Origin: a virus | Taxonomy: Duplodnaviria > Caudoviricetes | Length of the DNA stretch: 64,000 nt | Reading direction: 5' to 3' (one strand) | Virus record (IMG/VR): IMGVR_UViG_3300028907_000003 | Location: 1-64,000 of that record | In this document: in pieces, positions 55,997 through 64,000 of the stretch | Position numbering within the stretch: the stretch's first letter is position 1 | Layout of the letters: every line of letters starts with the position of its first letter | Notes under the pieces: model-generated | What the model was told of the DNA's origin: nothing | Seen by the model: only the letters and a program-made list of their open reading frames with translations | Database searches by the model: none | Translations under genes and position numbers: made by a program

Positions 55997-56202
55997 GTGT
56001 GGGCTTATCATGAAGCTCTTATAGAGCTTTTAAAGAGCAGGAGGAGTTTCTAGCTGGTGTACGATCAGATGACCTTGTAATGGATCTTGAGGAGGCCCTA
56101 ACGGATCAAGAGCTTGATGTTCTTGGTTATCATGAGCTAATACGAAGAGCCTTAGATGAGATTGAAAGACTGCGGGATTTGAATGCAGATTCGTGTTCCT
56201 GA
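55997..56202 (+). pseudogene. acidic helical protein gene with a -1 lesion at 56032-56034
   Basis: VWAYHEALIELL then EQEEFLAGVRSDDL...* in the -1 frame. Confidence 0.5.
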
Positions 56203-56345
56203 AGTCATAACAAGGATATCCCAGAAGTCGGTGGAACTGTTTCCAAGAAATATCCATTTAGTTGTATGAGTAGAGATCCAAAGTAAATACTGATATGTAT
56301 TTACTTTGTTTAACTTTTTTTAAAAAATTAAATATATCTTTTTTT

Positions 56346-56675
56346 TTAAATTTTTTCAATTCTATACGCATTCTGATATGCACTGAAGAATGGCATCCTT
56401 ATTCCAAATAACCAGATTTTATAAGTATTGTTTGGCTGGATTAAGGCATATCTATCAGCGGCATTGAAATTCCAATGCCATACCGTATCCTGGATACTAT
56501 AAACGTTGCCGTTTGTCGTACTAAATAAGTATACACCAGATACGGATTCTCCATCTGAAATTACTTTTGACCACTTTTCTTTGACTGTAACTTCAATTGG
56601 ACCTTTGTCTGTAGGCAGTGCGCTGGACATTCCTACCAATAATGATAGGATTGCAAAATATATTAATATTTTCAT
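56346..56675 (-). CDS. secreted protein, DUF1523-like
   Basis: Signal peptide; VTVKEK...YL..T.....D..W.WNF..AD.Y...Y.I..FG.R.PF.S. Confidence 0.6.
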   Translation of the reverse strand: MKILIYFAILSLLVGMSSALPTDKGPIEVTVKEKWSKVISDGESVSGVYLFSTTNGNVYSIQDTVWHWNFNAADRYALIQPNNTYKIWLFGIRMPFFSAYQNAYRIEKI

Positions 56676-56772
56676 ATTTTCATTTACCCCAATTTTCTGG
56701 CGCGTCTATAAAGCCGATTTGATCGTGTATCTTTCCCTTTCTTTGAGATCATTTTGAAAGACGTTAAACAAT

Positions 56773-56937
56773 CTAGACTGTTCCTTGAAACTTTTGGTCA
56801 CATTTGTGGCAAACTGCTGTTATGCAAGCTCCACATTCCGGACATTATTCAGACCATAATATGACGTCTGTTGATCCGCATTTCTTGCATTTGACTTCGA
56901 ATAGGTCCCGCAATGTTACAAATCTTGATTTACCCAT
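56773..56937 (-). pseudogene. multi-CxxC gene with an in-frame TAA at 56845-56847
   Basis: ...CKKCGSTDVILWSE*CPECGACITAVCHKC... Confidence 0.6.
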
Positions 56938-57126
56938 GATTTGGTTTCCTCCTGTCATTCTATTACCAATACTAATTATATACGTATTGCTATTTATAGT
57001 TTTTGGTTATTAAGTGAGAATAAGACGAAGTCTTGTTCGAACGGTATTTTACGTCTTCATTTATACTGTTAGAAATGTATAACACTTCCTAGGGAGTAAT
57101 CTCGACATGGAAAAGCAGATGGATTG

Positions 57127-57440
57127 ATGTCTGAAGTCTGCAAACTTGGCCTGGTTGATCAGACTATTGTATCCGCCCTGGATGATATCGCAGAATTTCT
57201 AAGCATTAAAATTGGTAGCGAAATTCTTGCATTATCCACTGGATCTGGAGTTGATCTGGAAAATTTTTCCAATCCCAAGAAGGACTAGAGCTTGCTCTAG
57301 TTCACCATGCTGGTTACCTTTTGGCTGACGGACATTTTGACGATCTTACCAAAGCGCGAAACAGTTTAAGTATAGTGGATGCATTTGTAATAATGTACAC
57401 TATGCGTATTAGAAACCTATATGAACCCATAAAAAGTTAA
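57127..57440 (+). pseudogene. 104-aa helical protein gene with a -1 lesion at 57277-57278
   Basis: MSEVCKLGL...FSNPK then EGLELALVHHAGYLL...PIKS* in the -1 frame. Confidence 0.5.
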
Positions 57441-57466
57441 ATTTTTTATAATTTTTTATTCCGGAA

Positions 57467-57799
57467 CTAAACGATTTTTAGGTCAGGATAATCGGTAGCT
57501 GTCATCGTGTGGTAGCCCTTATCGAGCAGTAATTCGCGAGGGAGGATCCACTGATGGACAATGCGCTCTTGGTTATCGAGAGCTATGAGTAAGAAGTATT
57601 CCGGAACCATGTTGTGGGCAACGCGAAACTCCCAATGATCATCTTTAATAGTGGCAATGAGTACCTTAATGGTTTCTCCAGTGCGCTTGATATAGTAGTT
57701 GTACTTTCGAGACTTAGAAATGGGTTCTAAGATGGTTTCTTTGGGGAATATTTTACGCAATGTGTATAATGCGTTATAGCGAATATGCTGTAGTGACAT
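57467..57799 (-). CDS. hypothetical protein, weak PD-(D/E)XK-like pattern
   Basis: YNYYI...IKVLIAT...WEF...YFLLIALD...WILP. Confidence 0.45.
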   Translation of the reverse strand: MSLQHIRYNALYTLRKIFPKETILEPISKSRKYNYYIKRTGETIKVLIATIKDDHWEFRVAHNMVPEYFLLIALDNQERIVHQWILPRELLLDKGYHTMTATDYPDLKIV

Positions 57800-58620
57800 G
57801 AGCTGGATATATGAGCCTTAAAGGATATAAAGATTGCGACAGCAATCTAAAACCAATATTTTTTCCTCGAACGCAGTTTTTCTCCACCAAAAATGGGAAA
57901 AACGAAGTGAGAGTTATCAAAATGCTGGCTATTTTTACTAGGAGTATTCCTCCGTGATTATAAAAATAGCGGTGAGATTTTTTCCCGTCGAATACCCGTG
58001 TTGTTGGATAGCGATTTTACAATATCGATTCGAGATTTTTGAAATATTCTTTTTTTCTACCGAGGTTTTAGGTTTAATTTTATAATGATAACCAGCGAGT
58101 TTTAATCCGAGTTATTATACAATATAATATAGTATATGGAAAAATTGACCACAAAAAGAAAATATAATAATCAACCTGAAACTAATACTATAAAAGTAGT
58201 ATATAGTATATCATATCTAGTAGCGCAAAATCGGCATCAGTGAAAAAAAACTGCTATCAGGGGACGATTTTTTCCAAAAATTCATTTTGAAAAATCTACC
58301 ACATTATGTAAATTATTAATTTAATAACTAGGCATTTTTCATACGCTGAGTTAGAAAAACGAATGAATAAAAAAACCGTCCGAAATGAAACCCAAAATTT
58401 TTTTAATCCTGGAATATAAATAAGTGTCATCGAAAAAAACGGCTCCTATGCTCCTATTTGACCATTTTATAAAAATAATAATTTATAAACATCAGTGAAT
58501 TCCAGGTAAGAAAATTTTTGTTATTCGTAGTATTGAGGTATTGTCATCGTAGATATAGATCAAATAATCAAAGCTTTTCTGCGAACAGGATCGAAGAAAA
58601 AAACTGCCGCTGCAGTTGGT
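57800..58620. other. about 820-bp non-coding region rich in A/T tracts between divergent genes
   Basis: No credible ORF; recurrent (C)GA(G)(A/T)TTTT motifs. Confidence 0.5.
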
Positions 58621-59334
58621 ATGGGCAAAAAGGAATTCAATGCTGCCTGGGATGATTATCAAATCGAAATGATTGTTAGTCAAATACCTTCAAGTTTTGA
58701 GGTTGGGTTATTGTCTGATACACATTTTGGAAACAAAAGTCAGCAAATGACAGCCGTTCGAGAATCTTACCGCATTTTTAAAGAAAGGAACGTAGGATTT
58801 GTAATTCATGCTGGAGATTTGGTTGATAAATATTGTTTTAAGCGAGATCGTGGGGAAGCTTGGACAAAATCGGATATTATCGACTATGTGATTGATCAAT
58901 ATCCAAGAACTGGATTAACCACGTTTGTTTTGGCGGGTAATCATGATAAAATTCCAAAGCGTAAGCTAAAACAGAATTCTGTGCGAATGGTGACAAATTA
59001 TAGAGATGATTTTTCTTACATTGGGGAAGATCATGGAAGTTTTATCATGAATGGCTTGGAATTCTATGTTAATCATGAAAATGGTATCGGTGAACAAGAA
59101 AGATTGACAAATCTATACCACAAGGCATGTTTCCAAAACTATGATGCAGATATCATCATAGCAGGGCATTTGCATAAGTGGGGTATCAATCCCACATATC
59201 ATCAGTCTTTTATATGCCAATTACCTTCCATGACATCAGAAGGACCAGAATCCGGAGCAGCCATACTCCATGTAAACCCGAAGTTTAAATGGATTGAGCC
59301 GCTTGGATTTGACGTTTTAACTCATGATTGGTAA
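58621..59334 (+). CDS. calcineurin-like metallophosphoesterase
   Basis: SDTHFG, HAGDLVD, LAGNHD, NH, AGHLH. Confidence 0.88.
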   Translation: MGKKEFNAAWDDYQIEMIVSQIPSSFEVGLLSDTHFGNKSQQMTAVRESYRIFKERNVGFVIHAGDLVDKYCFKRDRGEAWTKSDIIDYVIDQYPRTGLTTFVLAGNHDKIPKRKLKQNSVRMVTNYRDDFSYIGEDHGSFIMNGLEFYVNHENGIGEQERLTNLYHKACFQNYDADIIIAGHLHKWGINPTYHQSFICQLPSMTSEGPESGAAILHVNPKFKWIEPLGFDVLTHDW

Positions 59335-59687
59335 GACCGAAAGGTATAAATAGAATTGTAATCTATATGAGTTCTATGAAAGAAATTAAATTTAAGGTTC
59401 CGGTGTTTCATAGTGGAGTGAATACTACGTGTCGTGTAGGATATAAGAATTTTGCTATCGCTGAGCATGTTTATTTGTCTGACGACGAAGGATTTCCATT
59501 GCATGAAGCCGAGATAGAATTCATATACGTTGGTGCTTTTTATGGTGTACCAGATGCGTTTATTGCAATGGAACATGACCCTGAATGTACGAGTTATAAG
59601 AATTTGTATGAGATAATGCGTAACATTTATCCGGACTTTATGTTCAACACTATTGTAACCATGATAGGGTTTGTCATATATGCTTGA
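59328..59687 (+). CDS. ASCH/PUA-like domain protein
   Basis: TTCRVG...AMEH......L...MRNIY...VTMIGF. Confidence 0.55.
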   Translation: MVRPKGINRIVIYMSSMKEIKFKVPVFHSGVNTTCRVGYKNFAIAEHVYLSDDEGFPLHEAEIEFIYVGAFYGVPDAFIAMEHDPECTSYKNLYEIMRNIYPDFMFNTIVTMIGFVIYA

Positions 59688-60222
59688 TTGGTATCCATGG
59701 TTCTTATTAGTTATCTCAATGCTAGGAGCTTTCTTAGTATCAGACAAACGAATGATAAGGAAACGCTATGGATATGTTACATGGTTGATAAGTAATGGAT
59801 TAATCGGGCTACAATATTGGGGAATGGGTAACATTGCCCAGACATTGTTGTTTGGTGTCGGATATCAAATATTTAATATTAGAGGATTTATAAATTCCAA
59901 GGAGATAAATATGACCAGATCAGTAGATTTAAATACAACTTTCATTTATGTAATTGACAGCAGCTTGGGGATGTCGAAGGGTAAAATCGCTGCTCAGGTA
60001 AGTCACGTGGCCATGCGGCTTGCTGACAAGCATAAGTGTCTCGGAAGAGCCGTGATTTTAAAGGCCGATCATGAGACTTTTATGCAGCTGGAGCAAGATA
60101 TTGACTGTGAAACCATCATTGACGCGGGTTTAACTGAAGTTGCGCCAGGAACCCTAACCTGCATTGGATTCGTGGGTAATGATGATAACCGAGAAAAAAC
60201 AAAATCTTTAAAATTAGTATAA
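59671..60222 (+). CDS. pth2: PnuC-like membrane segment fused in frame to peptidyl-tRNA hydrolase 2
   Basis: Three hydrophobic helices then MSKGKIAAQVSH...ILKA...IDAGLTEVAPGTLTCIG; internal SD plus ATG at 59911. Confidence 0.8.
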   Translation: MSYMLDWYPWFLLVISMLGAFLVSDKRMIRKRYGYVTWLISNGLIGLQYWGMGNIAQTLLFGVGYQIFNIRGFINSKEINMTRSVDLNTTFIYVIDSSLGMSKGKIAAQVSHVAMRLADKHKCLGRAVILKADHETFMQLEQDIDCETIIDAGLTEVAPGTLTCIGFVGNDDNREKTKSLKLV

Positions 60223-60237
60223 TTTAGAGATGATAAA

Positions 60238-60498
60238 ATGGTACAATGTAAGATTTGCAGTAAGAATTTAAATTCCGAGGGATATTATGATCAACTCGGA
60301 TACTGCAGTAAAGCATGTTTGGAACAGTCTTTTGCATATCGAGATGCCAAAAAGATCTTGATTACGCTAACTGAAAAGCTGTCTGAGAAAGATCGGGAAT
60401 TGCTCACTTATCTGATTGCCTCAGATAGCCGATTGATATGGGAGATATATACCGATCTTGGGGGAAAGATTGGCCTTGAAGCATGGGGTTTGTGGTAA
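60238..60498 (+). CDS. small Zn-finger protein
   Basis: CKIC...YCSKAC. Confidence 0.55.
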   Translation: MVQCKICSKNLNSEGYYDQLGYCSKACLEQSFAYRDAKKILITLTEKLSEKDRELLTYLIASDSRLIWEIYTDLGGKIGLEAWGLW

Positions 60499-61114
60499 AA
60501 TGGAATTTGATACACAACATGATGCCGCAGGACGGCGTTTTTATGTTGATAAAAGTGGTAGACTGCCTCCGATGCCGAGCGTCACCACGATTTTAAGTGC
60601 ATCCAGTCCGTTTCAGCACAGTGGACCAACTGCTATTACTTGGACCGGAGAACTAGTTCATTATCATATTTTGCATAATGAAATGCCCGATGTTGAAATG
60701 GATTATCCAGATACACTACCACCATGGAAAATGCCGAGTTTCGATGTGACTAATGCCAAGTTGGAAAAAGCTCTAAAGATGTGGAATTCGCTGGATAAAT
60801 CGCTCAGAGAACCGGAAGATGTTGAATTCGTATGCTGGAATATTGATCCGCCGTATGCCGGTAGAGGTGATTGGAAAGGGTTATATGAAGGTGATAAAAC
60901 TATATTAGACATTAAAACTGGTAATTATTATACATATTATAAAATGCAGATCGCGGCTTACATGGCAACTCAGGGAGCCGATAGAGGTGTGATAGTGAGG
61001 CTTGACTTAAATGAAGAACGCAATCCGAAAGGCTTACCAAAGGTATACTCGTGGTATAAAGAGGATCTTGAGAAGGATTTATGCAAGTTTCATGATTTGG
61101 CCAGGAGATTTTAG
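60458..61114 (+). CDS. PD-(D/E)XK exonuclease (lambda-exo/YqaJ-like)
   Basis: PSVTTIL, GE..H, YAGRGD, ILDIKTG, QIAAY; start likely 60500. Confidence 0.8.
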   Translation: MGERLALKHGVCGKMEFDTQHDAAGRRFYVDKSGRLPPMPSVTTILSASSPFQHSGPTAITWTGELVHYHILHNEMPDVEMDYPDTLPPWKMPSFDVTNAKLEKALKMWNSLDKSLREPEDVEFVCWNIDPPYAGRGDWKGLYEGDKTILDIKTGNYYTYYKMQIAAYMATQGADRGVIVRLDLNEERNPKGLPKVYSWYKEDLEKDLCKFHDLARRF

Positions 61115-61218
61115 TATTGTATTCCTGTTAGCACTTTTTCTTATTTTAGTGTTATTGGGTGTTCACTTCATTTTTTAAGCATAAGGTTTTTATAGGTTTA
61201 TAGCGTAGTCTATGGCAG

Positions 61219-61575
61219 GTGATAAGTTTGAAATTAGATACTTTCGAGGAAGAATTTGGTGTGATCTCGTTTGAAGTAGGTACTTTTGATAAAGTATTAA
61301 CTGATCCAGATGCTAGGGACCGAGTAACAAAAATGTGTAATTTAGTAAAATATAACACTGAAATTCAGCGAACATTATGTGATTTGGTCGATGAGGGGAT
61401 TTTGACCAGCACTACCGAAGATGGGAAACCAGCTGATATGAGTGAGTTAAAAGAAGCGGTGGCTAATAATGACACGGTATTAGCATATTTGGTAGCGAAA
61501 TATGGTTTAGTGTTGTGGACCGATGATGAAATTACTGAAGAGATGAACACCGCTGTTAAAGCAAATGGTATTTAG
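61219..61575 (+). CDS. hypothetical protein
   Basis: 118-aa acidic ORF. Confidence 0.5.
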   Translation: MISLKLDTFEEEFGVISFEVGTFDKVLTDPDARDRVTKMCNLVKYNTEIQRTLCDLVDEGILTSTTEDGKPADMSELKEAVANNDTVLAYLVAKYGLVLWTDDEITEEMNTAVKANGI

Positions 61576-61817
61576 TGGTGATTCTAGTGAGAGATCCTAA
61601 TAGAATTCCGATTATCTGTAAGGCTCTCGAAGAAGCGTGGAGTAAACACCCTGATCTTCGATTAGGGCAGTTTCTGGAAGGAGCTAATATATTTCCAGTT
61701 ACTACAATCGATTTCCAGGGGGTTATGCTCCCGTTTTTCCAAGAGGATCATGTAACGCTGAGAAAACTTACTACACCAGAACTGCATTTTTCAAAAGCAC
61801 GAATGGATGATCCATAA
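61575..61817 (+). CDS. DUF1040/YihD-like protein
   Basis: RDPNRI.....L..AW...PDLRLGQ. Confidence 0.6.
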   Translation: MVILVRDPNRIPIICKALEEAWSKHPDLRLGQFLEGANIFPVTTIDFQGVMLPFFQEDHVTLRKLTTPELHFSKARMDDP

Positions 61818-62725
61818 TGCTAACTGTAGGTTCACTGTTCTCAGGAATAGGTGGGTTTGATTTAGGGTTGGAAAGAACGGGTGGATTTAAAACGATATGG
61901 CAATGTGAAATTGATCCATTTTGTAACAAGATTTTAAAAAAGCATTGGCCAGATGTAATACGATATACTGATGTTAGAACTATGAGTAATATTCCACTGG
62001 TAGATGTCATATGTGCATCACCACCATGTCAGCCGGTGTCGTGTGCGGGTAAACAAAAAGGTGCTAAAGATGATAGATGGATGTGGGGAGAAACATACAG
62101 AATTATTTGCGAAGTTCGACCAGAATGGGTCATTGTTGAAAACGTGCTTGGGATCCTTAGTGCGAAAGACACTGAAGGTAAACCAGGTGGACTCTTTACC
62201 GGAATTCTCAGAGACTTTTCCAAAAGCGGGTATAATGTTGAATGGAATGTTGTATCGGCTGCCTCGGTTGGAGCTTTACACCTCAGAAAACGGGTCTTTG
62301 TTGTTGCCCACACCAACGGCCAGTTTGACCAATCCGCCGTCAGAAACATGGGATCCAGACAAGCCTTGGTGGAAACAAAGTCGTGCAAGCAGGAATCTAG
62401 CGGCATTGGCGATTCATCCAGAAAGGTTTCCGACTCCGACAACACAAGATGCTTCGAACAATGCGGGACCGAGCCAGATGTCGCGGCACAGTCTACCATT
62501 GAACGCTGTGGTAGGTGGAGTTCTGAATCCGGATTGGGTAGAGCTTTTGATGGGATTTCCGCTAAACTGGACCCGCCCTGGAAGCCCGGATGGGAAGATG
62601 GAGTCTTGCGAACCACAACAGATAAAACATATCGTACCCAAAGATTAAAAGCGCTTGGTAATGCTATTGTACCTCAATGCTCAGAACTTATTGGTCATTA
62701 CATCTTGGAGTTGATAGATAAATGA
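61817..62725 (+). CDS. dcm: C5 DNA cytosine methyltransferase, alpha polypeptide
   Basis: FSGIGG (I), PPCQ (IV), ENV (VI), RKR (VIII), LGNAIVP (X). Confidence 0.92.
   Translation: MLTVGSLFSGIGGFDLGLERTGGFKTIWQCEIDPFCNKILKKHWPDVIRYTDVRTMSNIPLVDVICASPPCQPVSCAGKQKGAKDDRWMWGETYRIICEVRPEWVIVENVLGILSAKDTEGKPGGLFTGILRDFSKSGYNVEWNVVSAASVGALHLRKRVFVVAHTNGQFDQSAVRNMGSRQALVETKSCKQESSGIGDSSRKVSDSDNTRCFEQCGTEPDVAAQSTIERCGRWSSESGLGRAFDGISAKLDPPWKPGWEDGVLRTTTDKTYRTQRLKALGNAIVPQCSELIGHYILELIDK
62070..62648 (+). CDS. overlapping alternative-frame MTase beta polypeptide (TRD and motif IX)
   Basis: SD AAGGTG plus ATG 62070; SLLKT...PKAGIMLNG...LPTP...PTP...LNPDWVELLMGFP. Confidence 0.75.
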   Translation: MIDGCGEKHTELFAKFDQNGSLLKTCLGSLVRKTLKVNQVDSLPEFSETFPKAGIMLNGMLYRLPRLELYTSENGSLLLPTPTASLTNPPSETWDPDKPWWKQSRASRNLAALAIHPERFPTPTTQDASNNAGPSQMSRHSLPLNAVVGGVLNPDWVELLMGFPLNWTRPGSPDGKMESCEPQQIKHIVPKD

Positions 62726-62967
62726 TCGAAATTCCAGTTATTAAATGTGATGGATGTTTCGAAGTAACGCCACTGGATGAAGTTGATGTTATCGAGAAGC
62801 ATCCTAATGGTATCGTATTCAAATGCCCTCAATGCGGGTTAACTGATCTATCCTTCGGTGAACCGTTTTATGTACCAATGGGACCGGATCCGGAAGATGA
62901 AGCATTGAACGAGTTAGACAAAACATACGATTATGATATTTGGTTGAGGCATAAATGCAGATCTTAG
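62722..62967 (+). CDS. CPxCG Zn-finger protein
   Basis: CDGC..CPQCG. Confidence 0.55.
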   Translation: MIEIPVIKCDGCFEVTPLDEVDVIEKHPNGIVFKCPQCGLTDLSFGEPFYVPMGPDPEDEALNELDKTYDYDIWLRHKCRS

Positions 62968-64000
62968 ATTGCTATTACAAGTACGATCACAAAGAGAAGC
63001 ATCCAACGGTGTTTTTAGTTGGGAAAGATGCTAATGGAAAGCTGAGAACTTTACATACTGAGCACCATTATCCGTACTTCTATGCGGTTGGTGAATTACC
63101 GCCCAAACTTGCTGATAACCACATGATACATAGCATAGATGCAGTAGATAAGTTCCTTCCGATTGGATATCAAACACAGACCACGCCAATGTGGAAAATC
63201 ACTCTATTTAATCCCGGTGATACCAGTGAAATACGGGATGGGTTAATTGATAGAGGACTAAAGGTGTTTGAAGCTGATATCTTGTATAAGTATCGCTATA
63301 TGGTAGATCACAATTTAGGGGGAATGATTTGGACCAATGATGGGATACATCGGGTGGAAAACGAGTTAAATGCGCCATTAAAAACGCTGGCATTTGATAT
63401 CGAAGTATTGCTTAATGAGGCTGGCAATTTCCCAATATCCAGCCCCTCGGTTGACACAAAAGGCAATCTCCTCAGAGAAGCGGATCCCATAGTGATCATT
63501 ACAATGGCTATGTCGGATGGTAACATCAAGCTGCTCAAAAACGATGATGAAGCTGAACTTCTACGGGATTTTGTAACCGAAGTTAATAAGTTTGATCCAG
63601 ATATTGTTGTTTCATATAACGGTGATAGTTTCGATTGGCCGTACATCATTGATCGAGCGCATCTCAATGAAGTTCCGTTGAGCATCGGGAGAGATAAATC
63701 TGAGCCAAAGATTCGAGAGGTTGGAGATTCGAGCCAGATTTTAATCCGAGGACGGGTTTCGCTGGATATGCTACCGATAATTCGTAAGAATTATTCGTTA
63801 AAGAATTACAAGTTAGCAACTGCCGCTTCGCTAGTCAATGAGGAAAAGCTCGATGTGAAGCCACAGGAAATGCGCAGATTGTGGTTGGCTCATGATACAA
63901 AATTCCTGGAATATGCTAAACAAGATGCCAATATTACGCTAAAGTTGCTACTGGATCTCAAGTTGTTAGAAAAATACATCGCATTATCAAAAGCTACAGG
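62955..64000 (+). CDS. polB: family B DNA polymerase, N-terminal and 3'-5' exonuclease domains (truncated by the window end)
   Basis: Manual translation MQILDCYY...PYFY...EADI...AFDIE (ExoI)...SYNGDSFDWPY (ExoII)...YAKQD (ExoIII); open to the end. Confidence 0.93.
   Translation, partial: MQILDCYYKYDHKEKHPTVFLVGKDANGKLRTLHTEHHYPYFYAVGELPPKLADNHMIHSIDAVDKFLPIGYQTQTTPMWKITLFNPGDTSEIRDGLIDRGLKVFEADILYKYRYMVDHNLGGMIWTNDGIHRVENELNAPLKTLAFDIEVLLNEAGNFPISSPSVDTKGNLLREADPIVIITMAMSDGNIKLLKNDDEAELLRDFVTEVNKFDPDIVVSYNGDSFDWPYIIDRAHLNEVPLSIGRDKSEPKIREVGDSSQILIRGRVSLDMLPIIRKNYSLKNYKLATAASLVNEEKLDVKPQEMRRLWLAHDTKFLEYAKQDANITLKLLLDLKLLEKYIALSKAT

Noticed and set aside
60458-61114. Cas4 call
   Set aside because: Lacks the four Fe-S cysteines; generic PD-(D/E)XK exonuclease
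1-64000. CRISPR array or mini-array
   Set aside because: No run of equal-length repeats with unique spacers; the repeats found are two- or three-copy promoter or coding duplications
1-64000. Diversity-generating retroelement or retron
   Set aside because: No reverse transcriptase motifs and no TR/VR pair differing at adenines
1-64000. Genome-wide stop-codon reassignment
   Set aside because: In-frame stops are of all three types, most genes end normally on TAA/TGA/TAG, and no suppressor tRNA is present

Overview
This window is part of a large tailed dsDNA virus (Caudoviricetes, probably myovirus-like) of an archaeon, most likely a methanogen of the Methanosarcinales/Methanotrichales type. 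The host is inferred from BRE-TATA promoters, CCA-less tRNAs (one with a BHB-type intron, one A1:U72 Gln-type), PAN, Pth2 and a euryarchaeal-type PolB. Layout: (1) minus-strand packaging/head operon, 1-12.6 kb: TerS, split TerL with an intein, portal, gpF-like, protease/scaffold, MCP, decoration/fibre genes. (2) Plus-strand baseplate/virion/membrane operon, 12.7-18.9 kb. (3) tRNA array, 19.6-21.1 kb: 8 intact-looking tRNAs, 2 degenerate ones (one split by an HNH gene) and an unexplained structured 117-nt spacer. (4) Proteasome-beta-like protease, RtcB and PAN, 22-27 kb. (5) AT-rich island of small genes with duplicated promoter modules, 28.7-36.2 kb. (6) Run of small accessory genes with tandem paralogue families, 36.5-50 kb. 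(7) Replication and nucleic-acid genes, 50-64 kb: primase-helicase with a class-3 intein, RNA ligase, phosphoesterase, ASCH, PnuC-like-Pth2 fusion, exonuclease, dual-frame C5 methyltransferase, truncated PolB. About a dozen small genes carry single frameshifts or in-frame stops while the long core genes are open. No CRISPR array or reverse transcriptase was seen. All family names come from motif recognition by eye; no database search was run.
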